Shown here: positions 27,925 through 41,400 of the stretch, piece by piece
Position numbering within the stretch: the stretch's first letter is position 1
Layout of the letters: each line of letters opens with the position of its first letter
Assembly: GCA_002633005.1 (NCBI GenBank)
Contig: NMRA01000190.1
Coordinates: 483,926-547,925 of the forward strand
Length of the DNA: 64,000 nt
Direction: 5' to 3'
DNA from: Phoronis australis
Taxonomy: Eukaryota > Animalia > Phoronida
Notes under the pieces: model-generated
Database searches by the model: none
What the model saw: only the letters and a program-made list of their open reading frames with translations
Told to the model about the DNA's origin: nothing
Translations under genes and position numbers: made by a program

Positions 27925-28814
27925 TCTTCACCATTCACTCATCTTATACTTAGAAAAATGAAATTAAATGTTCTGTGTTGCCTTCATTACCGTATTCAAA
28001 GGACTTTGTAGAAAGCCTAGAACTGATTTATTAGTCTCTCGTTTGATTCATCAAACTACTCATTTCCCAGTGACAACAACTGCTCAATCATCTATCATAC
28101 TCTGTTGACTGTGATGCTGTTTGTTTCATTTGCTACCTTCTTCATTGCTAATTCCTCTTATGGTAATTCTCGGTTATTAACAGTTGACTCAAATGTCTCT
28201 TGTACTGTTGTTTACTGGCGTGCTGTGTAATGGCAAAGTGGTAAAGACGATTATAGATTGAACTGTAGTTTCCTACATTTTAGGTTCTTCTCTGCCAGGC
28301 TTTACAAAATCCTTGTGCTCATATACTGTGAAGTCTTTGATATCTATTTTTTTTCATTTACGCAGAATTTTTTTAAATATTTAAGGTGAGCAAAACTATC
28401 TAAAGGTTATTTCCGAGGGGTCAAAGGATGGGGGGAATTCTAGAGTAAGCCAAGGGGTGTGTTTATTTGAGTAGATAAGCCAACCTTTGCGAGCTTAAGG
28501 AGCTTCAGTTCCAACTGGTACTATAGGAAAGTACCTCGCATTGTGCGTATTACGTGAAGGAATGAGTAGCGGAAGAATAAATATCCGGGCAGATTGCATA
28601 AAACTGTATTTATCCGCTGGATAACTTTTTGTTAGTTGTATGATAACATATTTATGGCAGCAGTTCACACCGTTTGTTTATATATTTCTTTAGGGTCATT
28701 GGTATCTAGTTAGAGATTTCGGGTGATTGGGTCCAGATTATACATTAAAGGTATTTGTGTGATTTAAAAAGTGGTTCGTGCATATCTCGTCAAGCATATT
28801 CTTTGTCTTTTCAG

Positions 28815-28877
28815 GACCCGTCGGATACACCTGCAAGGATTAGAGTGGAAACAAAAGATGAAAAGCAAGAACGAAAG
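28815..28877 (+). CDS. SNRNP70: U1-70K coding exon 2 (DPSDTPARIRVETKDEKQERK)
   Basis: 63 nt, TTTCAG and GTAAGA boundaries; homologous to [21 protein letters not shown]. Confidence 0.93.
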
Positions 28878-29551
28878 GTAAGAAGGGCTCTTAATTTTTT
28901 TGTTACCTGCAGTAAAAATTCTACAGTTTGGGACAGTCTCTAACATTTGGCACATGGAAATTCAAGCAGAGAGTGAACTTTCTTGTTTCTGGGGATTGAG
29001 ACCAGGTCGATTTTGGCGCGCATAATTTTTCTCAGTTTTTGGACACAGGATTTGTGTATCAACAATGTCCGAGAATTGATGTGGCAGTTCATAACATCAT
29101 CAAAAATAGCTGCCATTGCATCGTTTTCACATGTCCCCGTGGCGTGTAACATCGAGGAGAATTCTGGAATTTGGATCGGTCAGTATTGCTTATTTCTAAA
29201 ATTGGGTACCGTTGTGAACTTGAGCAAAATAATTTGTTTTTCACTGTCTCAAACTAGATCATTCCTGATTTAGTTTAAATACCTTTTTGTCTTCAGTAGA
29301 TGAAGGGAGGTTCGTGATTTAAAAAAAATGTTGGTCTGCTGTTTATTGCTGATTTTTAGAAGATTAACTGTGTGTGTATGTATGATCTTGGTGAGTTCCT
29401 GGATATCAGGAATTTAAAAAATTAAATTCTGTTGATTTTGATGACGGCGCAAAAATGTAAGTGTTGTAAAAAGTGTTTGTATTCTACACGTTTTGGACAC
29501 ATTTTGTTTTCGGTTGAGTTCATAATGTGATGTTCTTGGATGCCTATAATG

Positions 29552-30061
29552 CAGGGCTTGGAATTTTCCGCGGAAACGCGGATTTCCGCTTTTTTCAAAT
29601 GTGCTTTCCGCTTTTTTTATAATATTTTCGCGTAAAAAATCGGATTTGATATAAAATTTCCGCGGCAAATTCCTTTCTTACCGCGGTGTTGCAGACGACG
29701 TTCACCTCGAAAAGCGGAAGTTGCTCTTTATGTTTCGGAGGAACGTAAATTGTCAACATTGCCGGGGCATCTGGGATAGCGTGGTGGGATTTTCAATGGC
29801 GTCTCGTGTTATTGTTAAGCGCGGCGACAAATACTACCGCTCTGCAGCCGAAAATGTGTGGGTTGGGAGTAGACGGGCGAGCTAAAAGGACGCAGACGCA
29901 TGCTACTGATAGTGGTAACGTTTTTTTTTTTATTAGTCCTCCCGATTTTTGTCGGGGAAAGGTTCACATTGACCAGTTCAAGGCTGGTTATCGGGCAATG
30001 ATTTGGGCCGCAAAAGTTTAAAAGTTTCCGCGTTTTTTGTCATTGGTCATTCCAAGTCCTG
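29552..30061. mobile_element. hAT-type MITE, copy 2 (same family as 26799-27297)
   Basis: Same termini (CAGGGCTTGGAAT ... ATTCCAAGTCCTG), alignable interior, partial duplication ATAATG on both flanks. Confidence 0.9.
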
Positions 30062-30089
30062 ATAATGCGTGCTATTTTGTCTCAAACAG

Positions 30090-30144
30090 CAAAGAGAAAG
30101 GGCAGAACAGGTGGCCTACAAGCTGGAACAGGACTTGGCCATGT
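30090..30144 (+). CDS. SNRNP70: U1-70K coding exon 3 (QRERAEQVAYKLEQDLAM-W)
   Basis: 55 nt, AAACAG and GTAAGT boundaries; phase fits both neighbours. Confidence 0.93.
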
Positions 30145-33036
30145 GTAAGTATACCCGTTTTGTCCCTCATTGCTAGGTTACCATGACGACCACCGAGTTA
30201 ACAGAGTTGCAAATCCCATTCCATGTATTAAAGAAATGCAAAGCAATATGGAATTTGACTATTTCAACCTGGAAAATTGCCTACATTAATTCTTCAACAA
30301 AAATAATTGCCAACATTTATTCTATTTTCTAAGTCGGGTTACCTTTCTACAAATAGTACAAAGTGATTGTTTTATGATGTCTGCAGTGTGCAAACAGTGT
30401 CTAGAACCAAGCAGCTTTTATTACTGTTTATTTGTGGTGAGAAAATTAGCAAAAACTAAAATTCCACTAGTCCACCACTATTGTGCGCTGAATAAGTGAA
30501 AAATTATGGTGGTTAAGGTGAATTGTACCTGGAAAATTTCTGCGTCAAGATACTTTTTTTGTTAATGGTCGTCGTGTCATGGTTTGCTTTGCTATACTAA
30601 TGAGATTTGCATGTTCGCTAAATTGTGGGAATTCGTTTCAATCTACAGTAGTTTCTAATTCAACCACTCGTGTGCTTCCTCTCGGAAACATTCAGGGGTT
30701 GCCATATGAAGACATCTTGAGATGTTTAGGTAATTGCCTGAGGGCCTCATGGAAATCAGTGAGAACTGCTGGGGATACCCTCATTGTAAATATTACAATA
30801 ATAAATATATAAATAAATTAATAGTTCACAGGTGTGGAACAGTTCCGTTAAAAGTTGAAAATGCTCTGTAAACTATTGCCAGAATACAAACTTGTAGAGC
30901 CATTCACTGTTGTCTGGTCTCACGGCAGATGGAGTCGTGGCTAATCACCTGAAATCCGCTAATAATCTTGCCTATGATATAGAAACGTTATGTTTTAAGA
31001 CACATTTAATTGTATCATTAAGTCCTATGCGTGCATTAATAATTTTGGGTAATTTCATTAAAAGTGCAACATGTATATTATTACATGTTATTATTTGATA
31101 AAAAAACAACGTTTATGGCCACTTACCGTTTATAAAACTGATTTCATCTTATTCCTTAACCAGATTACAATTGATTTCTTGGCTTGGTAAGAACTGTCAG
31201 TGTTGCTGCAGTACCGTGTGGAGAAAGTTGTTTTAACTTGAGAACATAGTTTGTAGCTGCGATAACATTTAAGTGCAACTCTTTCTAATCCTCGTGTTCT
31301 GGTGACCGTAAACAGTGATCTATGTAGCCTTCATCTTATGACTAATGAGTCCCTGTTAAGCCAGCTGAATCATTTGATTACCTGTTTGTGATAAGCACTC
31401 CTATCGNTTTTGTCAGTTTGTCTGAGGTCTAAAGCGATGCCTGTGATCAGGAAACCGAACGATGTGTTTTACGCACTGATGCTCATTATTTTTTCGAATA
31501 ATTGAAATCATTGGTGTTTACACTGGAGTATTGTCATCGTTATTTACAATCACTGGTTTGTTCATTTTAAGACACCTGTCAGAAAAAACCCAGGAAGTTT
31601 TCACTATTATGTATATAGGGAATGGACATGTTTCAACCAAATTTAGATCACATCCTGCTATTACTCCTAAGTGTACTAGTCCAGTATTAATCAAGAAATG
31701 GCAACCATCAAACATTACTCAAGACCCATCAGAACTGGCTTTGGTGCGCCCTCTACAGTCCATTCAATGAGGTATTTCAGTGAAGGTGGTGGGGAAAATG
31801 ATGATTGCTGATTTTTTGAATAAAATGTGTGAATATTCTTTGTAAAACACATTTTAATGTTTGTGTTTATTGCAATTAAATTAGATATATTCGCAGCGCA
31901 TAGTATGGTATCAAATAGTGACTTTAATTCTTCAAATAAATTGGTCTGTATTTTGAGCACTTGTTCAAGTATGCTACGTAGTCTTGGAATTTTCAAGTAA
32001 TTTTTCCTGAGTGTGCTTGTGGTTTCTTGAATACTACTCAGAAAACTGAGAATTACTCAAGATTTCAAGTACTTCTGTTTGAGTTTGCTTTGATGGTCTC
32101 CTAAACTTGAGAAATTTCTTAATATGAATATTTTTTAATTCTCCAGTAATTTAATTTTTTAATTTAATTTTAGAGTTTGTTGGTCATGGGTCTTGGTAAA
32201 AGCATTATCGTAAATAATCATTCATAAATAAACAGTAAACAAACGATTTATGTACTTCTCTTAATGATAAAATTTCCTCTTTATAAATGAAGGTTTAACT
32301 GTCTTATATGGGTCTTAACTGTTTCCAAGGCAACTATTCTAAAAATCATGATTTAGATGGCTTGCTGCGTCTTGAAACATTGCGAAACATTAAAGATTGA
32401 GATGCACCAGACTTGGGCCTTTAACTTGATGCAGGCCTGGTAAAGACAATGCAAACAAGCAGGTGATGTGGTATCTTACAGTTTTTCTTGTCGTGTCTGC
32501 CTGTGGATACCAGACGTGCAAACAACAAGATATTCTAATACTTTGTCGCGAACACACACGCACACAAATTCATACACAAGTGAAACAATTATTCTATTCA
32601 TCCAGTGTATCTTTCAGTGAGTTTGAAAATGCTATTTTCTTATGGGGTCACTTCTCTATTGGGTGCCCCNNNNNCCCCCCCCCCCCCCCCAATCAAGACA
32701 GGTGGCATGTTTACCTGCCTCTCATGGAGACCTCAGTGCTATGATAAGGACAATGTGTCCTCATTCTTCCCTTTTTGAACTCTCCACTGTTGATGTAGCC
32801 TCTTGGTGTGGTCATAAACATGCTCAACCTTGGGCCATAAAACATTCTTCACTGATCAAATGTAAATTCTTCATAGTATTGCAAACAACTAGCCAAGTAA
32901 CAACATAAGTTGCCTTCCTGAAAACACTCATGTAAAGTTCACCACGAATGTGTGGCATCAGGGGAATTTACCTTGCAGTTGACTCTGACAAAACAAAAGT
33001 GCATGGTGGCAGTTAACTGAGGACAAAAATGCTACA

Positions 33037-33278
33037 AAATGAAAATATGTGGGTAAACATGTGGAAGACGTTAGAATGTGGGAACAAGTTGCCATACCAG
33101 TTTGATTCCTTGAATTTTGAAGTATTACCGTGAAGTGAGGACTGAAAACGCATAAGTGATTGTTATACAGCTAAATGAAAATATGGAGTTAAACTTGTGG
33201 AAGAATACATCTAAAAGCCAATGGAAATCAGCATACCAGTTTGGTTTCTCGGATTTTGAACTATTGCAGTGAATGAGA
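33037..33278. repeat. Degenerate two-copy ~136-bp tandem duplication
   Basis: AAATGAAAATATG...GTGGAAGA...CATACCAGTTTG...ATTTTGAA occurs twice. Confidence 0.7.
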
Positions 33279-33756
33279 AGTTCACCATGAGTTGTCTTAT
33301 GTTTTTATAACCATATGAAGTACTGGGTTGAACACCAAGAGTGCTTAAGTTGAGGAAATGAAAAATCAGGCGGTGTTAATTACAGCAAAATGTCGCCAAA
33401 TTAGGACCCAATGTGGCAGACAAATTATACCCTATTCATGTTTTCATACAGATAAGTAAAAGGATACAAAAGCTTTATATGTCCTGAGTTGCACACTGTG
33501 GCTACCATCAGATAAGGTTTTACCATAGCCTTAATGGGTGCTTTGTTGTTAGATGTTTATAGACTAATCTTTTCTACTGTCAGAAAATGGTATTTAAGCT
33601 ATACACTCATCTGTAATTTTCAGTGAGGATATTGCTGGAAATATTTTGTCCTTTTTCATTCCTAATTACTCGGCATTGTGGTAGTATGAGGAGGTCCGCT
33701 GTCAGATCTAGTGTGACCTTAGAACTAAATTTTCGTGCAGTGCACGGGGTACTCAC

Positions 33757-33861
33757 ATGTCGTGAAATGATCAAGCTGTTCCGTCCAAAATGGCCTAGGT
33801 TGCCTACCGATGATCGATTCATTTCTATGTCGCTGGTTGTGCAGACAACAATGCTTCCCAT
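33757..33861 (-). CDS. Sh: Candidate first coding exon of the long Kv1 isoform (MGSIVVCTTSDIEMNRSSVGNLGHFGRNSLIISRH)
   Basis: ATG preceded by an in-frame TAA, 35 codons, CAT|GTGAGT donor in phase 0 matching the acceptor at 22401. Confidence 0.65.
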
Positions 33862-35280
33862 TTAGCTTCACTCGAACAAGCTTGTCAGCCTCCTTCCCTT
33901 GAAGCCCTCCTGTTGGTGATGTCGCATAATTACATGTCCGAGCCAATTAGCGTAACAATTTGTCTATCTAAGATTCTGATGACGCACTCACGTTAACTCG
34001 CTTCATTTTTCACATTTGTTTTTGCCACTTTCATGTTCTCATCTCTTAATCCCTTGTTCTTTGTCTCCTGCACAGCAGCTAGTTCCAGGCCTGTGATTTA
34101 TCTTTTTGCCACATAATTTCATCAGAGTTCATTGATAATTGATTTTATACCGTCAATCTGTCGTAACTGGTATTTGTGTTCCACAATTCAATTAATTACT
34201 CCGATTACATCGGTGTGTCGTCGTCGTCTTGAGGTCTTCACTCCCTCCCACTTCTCCTCATGTTAATTCCTAATAGTGTGGTTACTGTATTCTGCTGAGG
34301 GGTTCACACAGGTATATTTCAGAGTCTGAAGTCTCTCACCCATGAACAGAGAATAAAGGTAGACAACAAGGTCATTTGGGAACTCTGCTGGCTTGGCAGT
34401 GTCTAAGAAGTCTTGCCTTTCGCTCTTTGGTGTGGTACACGCGCAGGTTATATTAATGACTAGGCTTCCATGTGCTATTTACATTCTGGAGTTCTGTCAT
34501 AATTCTCTTAATTCACTCTGGCCTTTTGGCTCACTTAATTCCAGTCATTTCTGCACTTTTAGGTCATCTCTCCTGCCCAAGCTTCGCCATTAAATGTTCT
34601 CAACATTATAGCTGTGCAGGAAATACTTTGTAGTTTATGAGCGAGCAAAAATCAGGTTGTTACTTCCATCGCCTTTGCTTTGCCTGAACGAACACCCAGT
34701 GATCTTCGCTAATAGCCTTTGTCTACAACAAAAGTTTGTAGCTTATTTAATACAAGCTAGCTCAATCAGGAACGAGGTTGTTGTCTCAAGCTGCTTCCTC
34801 TGTGCGAAAACTATAACAGTGTAAGTAATTGTGGGGGAAGATAATCTAAACCATGCTATCATGGTTTGCTATGCTTTTCTTTAGAGTTGACTAATGTATG
34901 GTGTGACATGAATTGAAATGGCTAACTGTCTTGTGGTTTGTGTCAGTTGTGTTGTCTGCTCTAGCAGTTGTGATGTTATGGTGATGAGAGATGATCGTGG
35001 GGGGAATATGCGGTTGATACTTTTGGTAGCCCGGTTGATACTTTTGGTAGCCGAAAGTTAATCCAACAACGCTTTTATGTTAAAGAATATTTACCAAGAA
35101 CGTCATTTTTGTATTTTTCAAAGCCCGCTTGTTGCTGGTTATGAAAACTTTAACATGTGTATGATGCAAACAAAGTGAACAGACTAAAAATTTCTCAGTC
35201 TTTATTTTTACTTAGAAATCTGATTGGTCAAAATTTCACGTTTCCACCATATTGTGTGCTAAATAGGTGAAGACTTACCG

Positions 35281-35502
35281 AGGCAGCCAAACACTTACAC
35301 GCACAGTCAGGTAAACGATGTACGCAAACTTGCAAGGGAGCAGTCCAAAAATACGACCAGACAGTTCAAAGTTTCGCTCTAATCCGTTACTTGGTGAACT
35401 CAAAATTGTTAACTGTTCACTCATGTTTTATGGACCCCACACTGCCATGTGCAGGTTTGTGTACTTGCGTAACTGATTGCGCATGCAAATGTTTGGGTCC
35501 CT
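35281..35502. mobile_element. Old MITE or degenerate inverted repeat (~58-bp arms)
   Basis: 35281-35338 aligns with the reverse complement of ~35444-35502 with many substitutions. Confidence 0.55.
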
Positions 35503-38371
35503 TGATTACAGTTCTTGAAAACATTTTGGGTTGAGTCTCTTGACGTTTTTGCCTTTCATGATTGTAGATTAGGGTTCTTCACAGCAACAATGTTTGAATC
35601 TGAAGTCAAAATGCTCTCTCAGTGGTAATTCATCTTGGCTCTTCATCATCAGAAAGCAATGAAAAATCTTATGTATGGCATGCTGCTAAATGGCTTCAGC
35701 CTCGAAAATGAAATACAAAATTTCGTTATGATTCATTTACTAGGTTACATGCTTTCATGATAATTTTTTGGTTATTGGCTTATCAGTAACACCTTAAATT
35801 GGTGCTCTTTCCTAAGTGGATTATAAAAATATTTAAAGCTTTGATAACTTCACTTATTTTTTATGCTTTGATCATTATGACTAATGAGTCTTTGAGACTG
35901 TGCTAAGCCATGTTATTTATGAGCCCATTAATTACTTTGATATCTTTTTATGTCTGCATAGGAAAACTTGAGTGGAAAAGAAAATTAATTCATTATCACG
36001 AGACCTTAGTTTTGTGTGATAACAGAAAACCTGACAGAATTCGCTGAATCTTGACTTCTTTCATGGAAATGCAGATTTTGAATATAATTTCCATATTTCA
36101 GTAGCATATATCCTTGTTCTGATGTTTTTGTTTTTCCATTGCCAAAAATTAAGAATACGATCCATTAAATTTGACAAATTCTGACCACAAATCGGTCAAT
36201 GATTGTATTGGAGTAGACATCTTGAATAGTGTATGACGTGTTGCTAAATCAGATCTTTAGCTTGATTGAGTGGAAAAAGTAAGGTGATTACCAGGGCATT
36301 CTAAGTTGTTTATCACTTTAAAATACTTAAATGGAATTCAATTTACTGAAGTAAAAAAATCGAATTTCATGTTTGTTAAGATGTTTTTCTCTGTTTTGAA
36401 GCCAGAAAGCTGTAGTCTCTGCTTATGACTTAATAATATAAACTCAATTTTTATGTATAGTTACCATACATTGTCAGGACAGATATTGCACATTCATAAT
36501 TTTGAATTTAAGTTAATAGCAAAATTGAATCGCCAACAAATGTTCGTTTGTCAACGTTTGTTGAAAACATGACTACACTTTTTGTTTGAAAGCTTTATAC
36601 AGATTCGCTCATAGTGTCGTAACATTGTCCTTTCTTCAGGTGTGCAGGTATATAGCATAACACCAAGAGACATAACAAGCAAACAAATTAAAACACTTAC
36701 TAGCTATATTTCGAGATTGCATGTTTCATCATCAGTCAAAGTCAAAATGGTGAATGTTTATAAATATGATTATTGTAAAGCGTCTGTATGTGGGCAGTGG
36801 TCCCACTTTGTACTTTTTTGAAAGTATCATACTTATTTGGTGAAAATCATATTTTATATTTTTCCATACTTTTTTGGGTGCTCGGTACATTTTTGTTGAT
36901 GTCAAAGTCTCCAGTCATATTGTTGGTATTGAGTCATTCATTACACTGCTGATCAACAGAACCTCTTTAATGGGTTTTCAGTCCTGAAGAGTGCTAGTGT
37001 CTGTCAGTATTAAAATGCCCTGAGTCAAGAATATTGTAAGCTGGAATTTTGCAATGGTGACTGGTAGTGTAGTGAAATTTCAAACTGTTTACATGATAGA
37101 CATTGGCACTTGGGTCATGACAACCCAAGTGTGTTAAACCTGTGCAATAGAAGGTAATTATACAGAGTTAATGGTATGTTCAATAAATTGTACTTTCTTA
37201 TGACAAAATTATACTTTTGGTGAGTAGCAACACTGTGTGTGTGGTAAACTTACTTCAAATTAGAACAAAGATAATTCACAAAAATGCCATTTTCCATGGA
37301 ATAAAATTTCACTGTATTGTATTCTAAAATTGAAGAAACATTACAATACCTCTATGTCTTACTTGGCCACAGAACCAACTCCTGTCTTCCTTTTTTATCT
37401 GTGAGCTGGCAGCTTTTTAACAGGGTGTCTGGTTATTCTCCAGTTGAACAAGTGTGGCAGAATACTGTGTATATCTCATCAGTCCAATACTCATGTCCTG
37501 ATTAGCTTCCCCCAAATTCACACTGAGTGAACATGTGGTTTGTCAGTCAAGTGGTCTTGGGTCATGCCCTATAACCCTATGTCAACACATGTGGTTAGCT
37601 GTGGTGATTAGTTTCTCTGACCACTTATGTAGTACTTTGATGGAATTGATCATTAAATATTTGAATTTTAACAACCATGAAACTGTGTGTACTGTTCTTA
37701 GACATAATTCATTCAAAGCTGTGAGTTCTAATAGATTCCTCATTTTTGTTTACCATATATATATACATCCAGATTTCTGAAGTAAGACATCCAAAATGGT
37801 TTCCCAATTCCTCAGGTTGTTCATGACCACTGATGCATGACAGTGTTTGTGTGACCCCAAGTGAAGTCCCATGGTATGTTACTGTGGAAACATGGGTCTG
37901 CAATGAAGTTGATCCTATCTAATATCGTGTCTTTTAAAAGCTGCATTTCTCCCTGTTTTGGTGGCTCAAAAACTTATCGACTTGTGCCAGTCACGTAATA
38001 TTCTTTACTGTGACAGGATCCTGTTTCCGTCACAGGTTATATGTACATGCATCACATTATGGAAATAGAATTCTATCTCAGTAAATAAATTGTGAGACTG
38101 ATTTCATGAGAGTGAACTGGTCTGGCTAATGAGACACCATGCTTTACTTGTATATTGCTTGGGAGTCCAAACGGTGAAGAAGGTGTTCTAGCATTATGGT
38201 GTCTAAATTTTAGTTGGGACGTCCATTTGGACGATGGCTAGATAGATACAGGCCTGCTGTCTACTAATTGTCGTACGTGGGTGAGTTGCTGTGATTGAGT
38301 GGTGATCTAAGACACTAGTCACCCATACTTGCCTGCCCATCCATTCGGTTTAGGCTTGCCCGCATATGAGA

Positions 38372-38484
38372 CTATTCTCTCACACACGATATTCCCTTCT
38401 CAGAGACGCATTCCTCCATGCCGTGCGACTATACTCTCACGCACGCTATTCTCTTCTCAGAGACACATTCCTCCATGCCGTGCA
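38372..38484. repeat. Two-copy ~56-bp tandem repeat
   Basis: GACTAT...TTCTCAGAGAC(G/A)CATTCCTCCATGCCGTGC occurs twice. Confidence 0.85.
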
Positions 38485-41400
38485 ATTTTTCTAATCTCGC
38501 CGATGTAATTTTTGCTCGAGCATGGACCAACCCTGCTGACACACATTATTCCTTGCCAACTTACCACAGCCACTCAAAACTGGTATGCTAGACTGTCTAT
38601 CCTTTGCATCGACTTATAGCCTTTCATACTGACTTAACTCTGGTCTGAGCGGAGCGTCAATGTAAACTTTGAAGTTAACTGAATCATTCGTACCAGCCTC
38701 GGTAGTTAACGGACATCGAAGTAAACGGTGGGATGACGCTGCTGTCATCGAAGTAATCGCAAGATAGTGCTACTGCATCGCGTGCACGCTAAGATTTTTT
38801 TAATGCGACAATTTCAGAACATATACATGTGCTAATTGGCATAAAACTTATTTCTAATTCAATTGGTGATTATTCGAGCAAAATATAAGCAACTATATTA
38901 GCGATGACACTGTCCTGTAGTTGTTGACGATAGCAGTGGCCCCTGTCGATAACATCGATGTGACCAAAGTTGACCGTTCAAACCGTATCGCAGAGTTGAC
39001 ACTCCGTTGTTAAATCCACCTGTTTACTACGAAGTTAACCATTCATACTGACCGCAACTCTCCGGGTCCAAAACATTGAGGCATCGACATTAGTATGGAA
39101 GGGCCTTTAGAAACCTGTTACTCTGAAATCTTCCTTAGATGCCCATGTCTTGTGAAGATAGTGCAATTAATGTCACATCTGGTTACTTGGCTCCCTTTAG
39201 GAGCACCCGGTGTATAAATAGTGTGGAATTAGATCTTCTGTAAATTTTGAAGACAACTTCACTGTGTTAGCTTGTCAGCATTCGCGTGGTTCACAAGGAG
39301 TCTTTCATAAACTTGGATTTGGTCCAAAATAGATTAGTGTGTTCTCACTCTGTCAGAAATCCTTTGCCGAAATATTAGTGCCACGTAACCATTAATTTTT
39401 GCTTTCATTGTAAGAAAATGTCTTGTATACGACAATTGAATTTAACGTGATGACTTCGTAAGTTTTCGCAAGCAGTTGTACAGTATGGGATTGAGATTTT
39501 GGGTGGAGTTTTTGTTGTGTTAAACCATCTTAGCATACACTTGTTTTATGTTTATCTGAAGTTGAAAATTTTTGGTCTGGGAAATCTCGTGGCAGTTTGG
39601 CTTTATTGAGTCAAACTGTGTAATTAACATCTGTTCTAAGGTGGACCAGAAAAATGTTCTTACTATGAAAGTTTGTATTGGTTCTATTTATGGAATAGTT
39701 CATTACTTTAACCGAAAGGTTACTTTACTAGTTGTTTGGTCTCGTGCCATCTTTAACAGACAAGTACATTGTAAACGGCATGTGTTTATAGTTTGTGTGG
39801 AATACCATCCAATCATTCAATGAATTCAAAATGATTCTATTCCCTTTGGCAAAAATCAAACACATGTGCTTAAACTCTTTCAGACTAATTGGACTTACAA
39901 AATCTGTCATGTTTTGGTTTAGCAGCTTGTGCAAAATGTTGTAGTGAGGGGATGAGTTAAAAATGATAAATTTCAAGTGTGCAGTCATAATACGCCATGA
40001 TTTACGTCTGGGTTGATGTGACGTCATAAAAATACTGACGCAGGGAATCATGCAAAATATGTTAATGGAAACAGGTGCTTTTATGCTAGACCTAACTACC
40101 ACATTTTGGTGCACCTCTTCTGTTTTGAGGAGGCAAAAACTTGTCCTTCATGATTAACCTAGTTTTGGTAAGTTACCGTCGCTAACACACTTCCGAGCCA
40201 AGCTGGACAAATGAAGAACAATTTATCACAATCTTCAAAGATCAATGATTATTGTGCCTTTCAAAACGTATGCGAGTCCACTTGGTTGTAATGGAAACTT
40301 GTCCTTGCAAGTTTTTTACCAGCCTAGGAAATGCAATAGTCCTCCCTGAGGGTTAACAGATCAAAGGCATGTCCTAATGACTGCCACTTTGCATTCAGAT
40401 TTGCAGTGTTCTTGCCAATAACTTTCCTAATTGTTTTACCTCTGAAGTCTGTCTTGTCAATCACTGATAACCCGTCGGCCTGATATTCGCGTTCACAAGA
40501 TATAGGCAAACGGTCATTGCTACGATAAAAATTCTATTCAGTTTGGAACACATTATGGCAGACAAGTGAATTTTTTTGTCAAAATTCTCTATAAAATTAC
40601 TTAAAGTTTACTTTTTTTCTCATACTTCATGTGTTAGAGCTGTTACTTAACTAGATTTGGTTGAATAAAACAATTTCAATCAATCATGTAAATTTGGTAC
40701 GGGCATTGAACTTGGCATGTGTGTTTAACGGGGAAAATTTGCAAATTTCATTGGTAAGTTTTGAGCCAAACATGGCGGTAACACAAACGGGTGTTGTATG
40801 CTCTCCAAACTACACATAATTGAACGTACTACCGACAGCTGTTACCATGATACGACATAGTGCCACATTGTCTTAAAAACGCGCTGTATTACCTCTGCGT
40901 GTCACGGTCACGGATTCATTTTCCTCTAATCTAAATCTTAAAATAATCTCCACCAATTTCAAACCGTGACATATATAGATTTGGTACCTTGGTGTCGCCA
41001 TTTAGCATCATCAATTGGTAATTACCTGCATTATTACTGTTGGCTAATCAGTGTATCTGGCCACTTAAATGAAATCTGCATGTTGTGGGCGGTAGTACGC
41101 TATAAATATTGTCCATACTCTTGGTTGCCAATGGTAACTAGGTCACATGGATCTTAGCATTTACCTTTTGGCCAAAGGTCTCCACTGTCATCTCACCAAC
41201 GTTGTCCCTCAAACTGAAGCCAGCTAAATATGTTGGCTCTCAGTTAGATTTGCGGTCAGCCAGGAATCACTGTTTGTCTATACTTTGAGCTTTGACAGAG
41301 CACAGGTTCACCTGCTGTACACCTACCAAGAATGTTGGCCTTTATCTTGCTTGATTTATCCAGTGCTTGTGAAAGTGCATTGGCCTTTCTCCGTGTTTTT

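Noticed and set aside
31121-38566. Strong - strand GTAAGT donors near 31126, 35278, 35298 and 38565
   Set aside because: No in-frame ATG without an intervening stop. They could be UTR exons but this cannot be supported from sequence.
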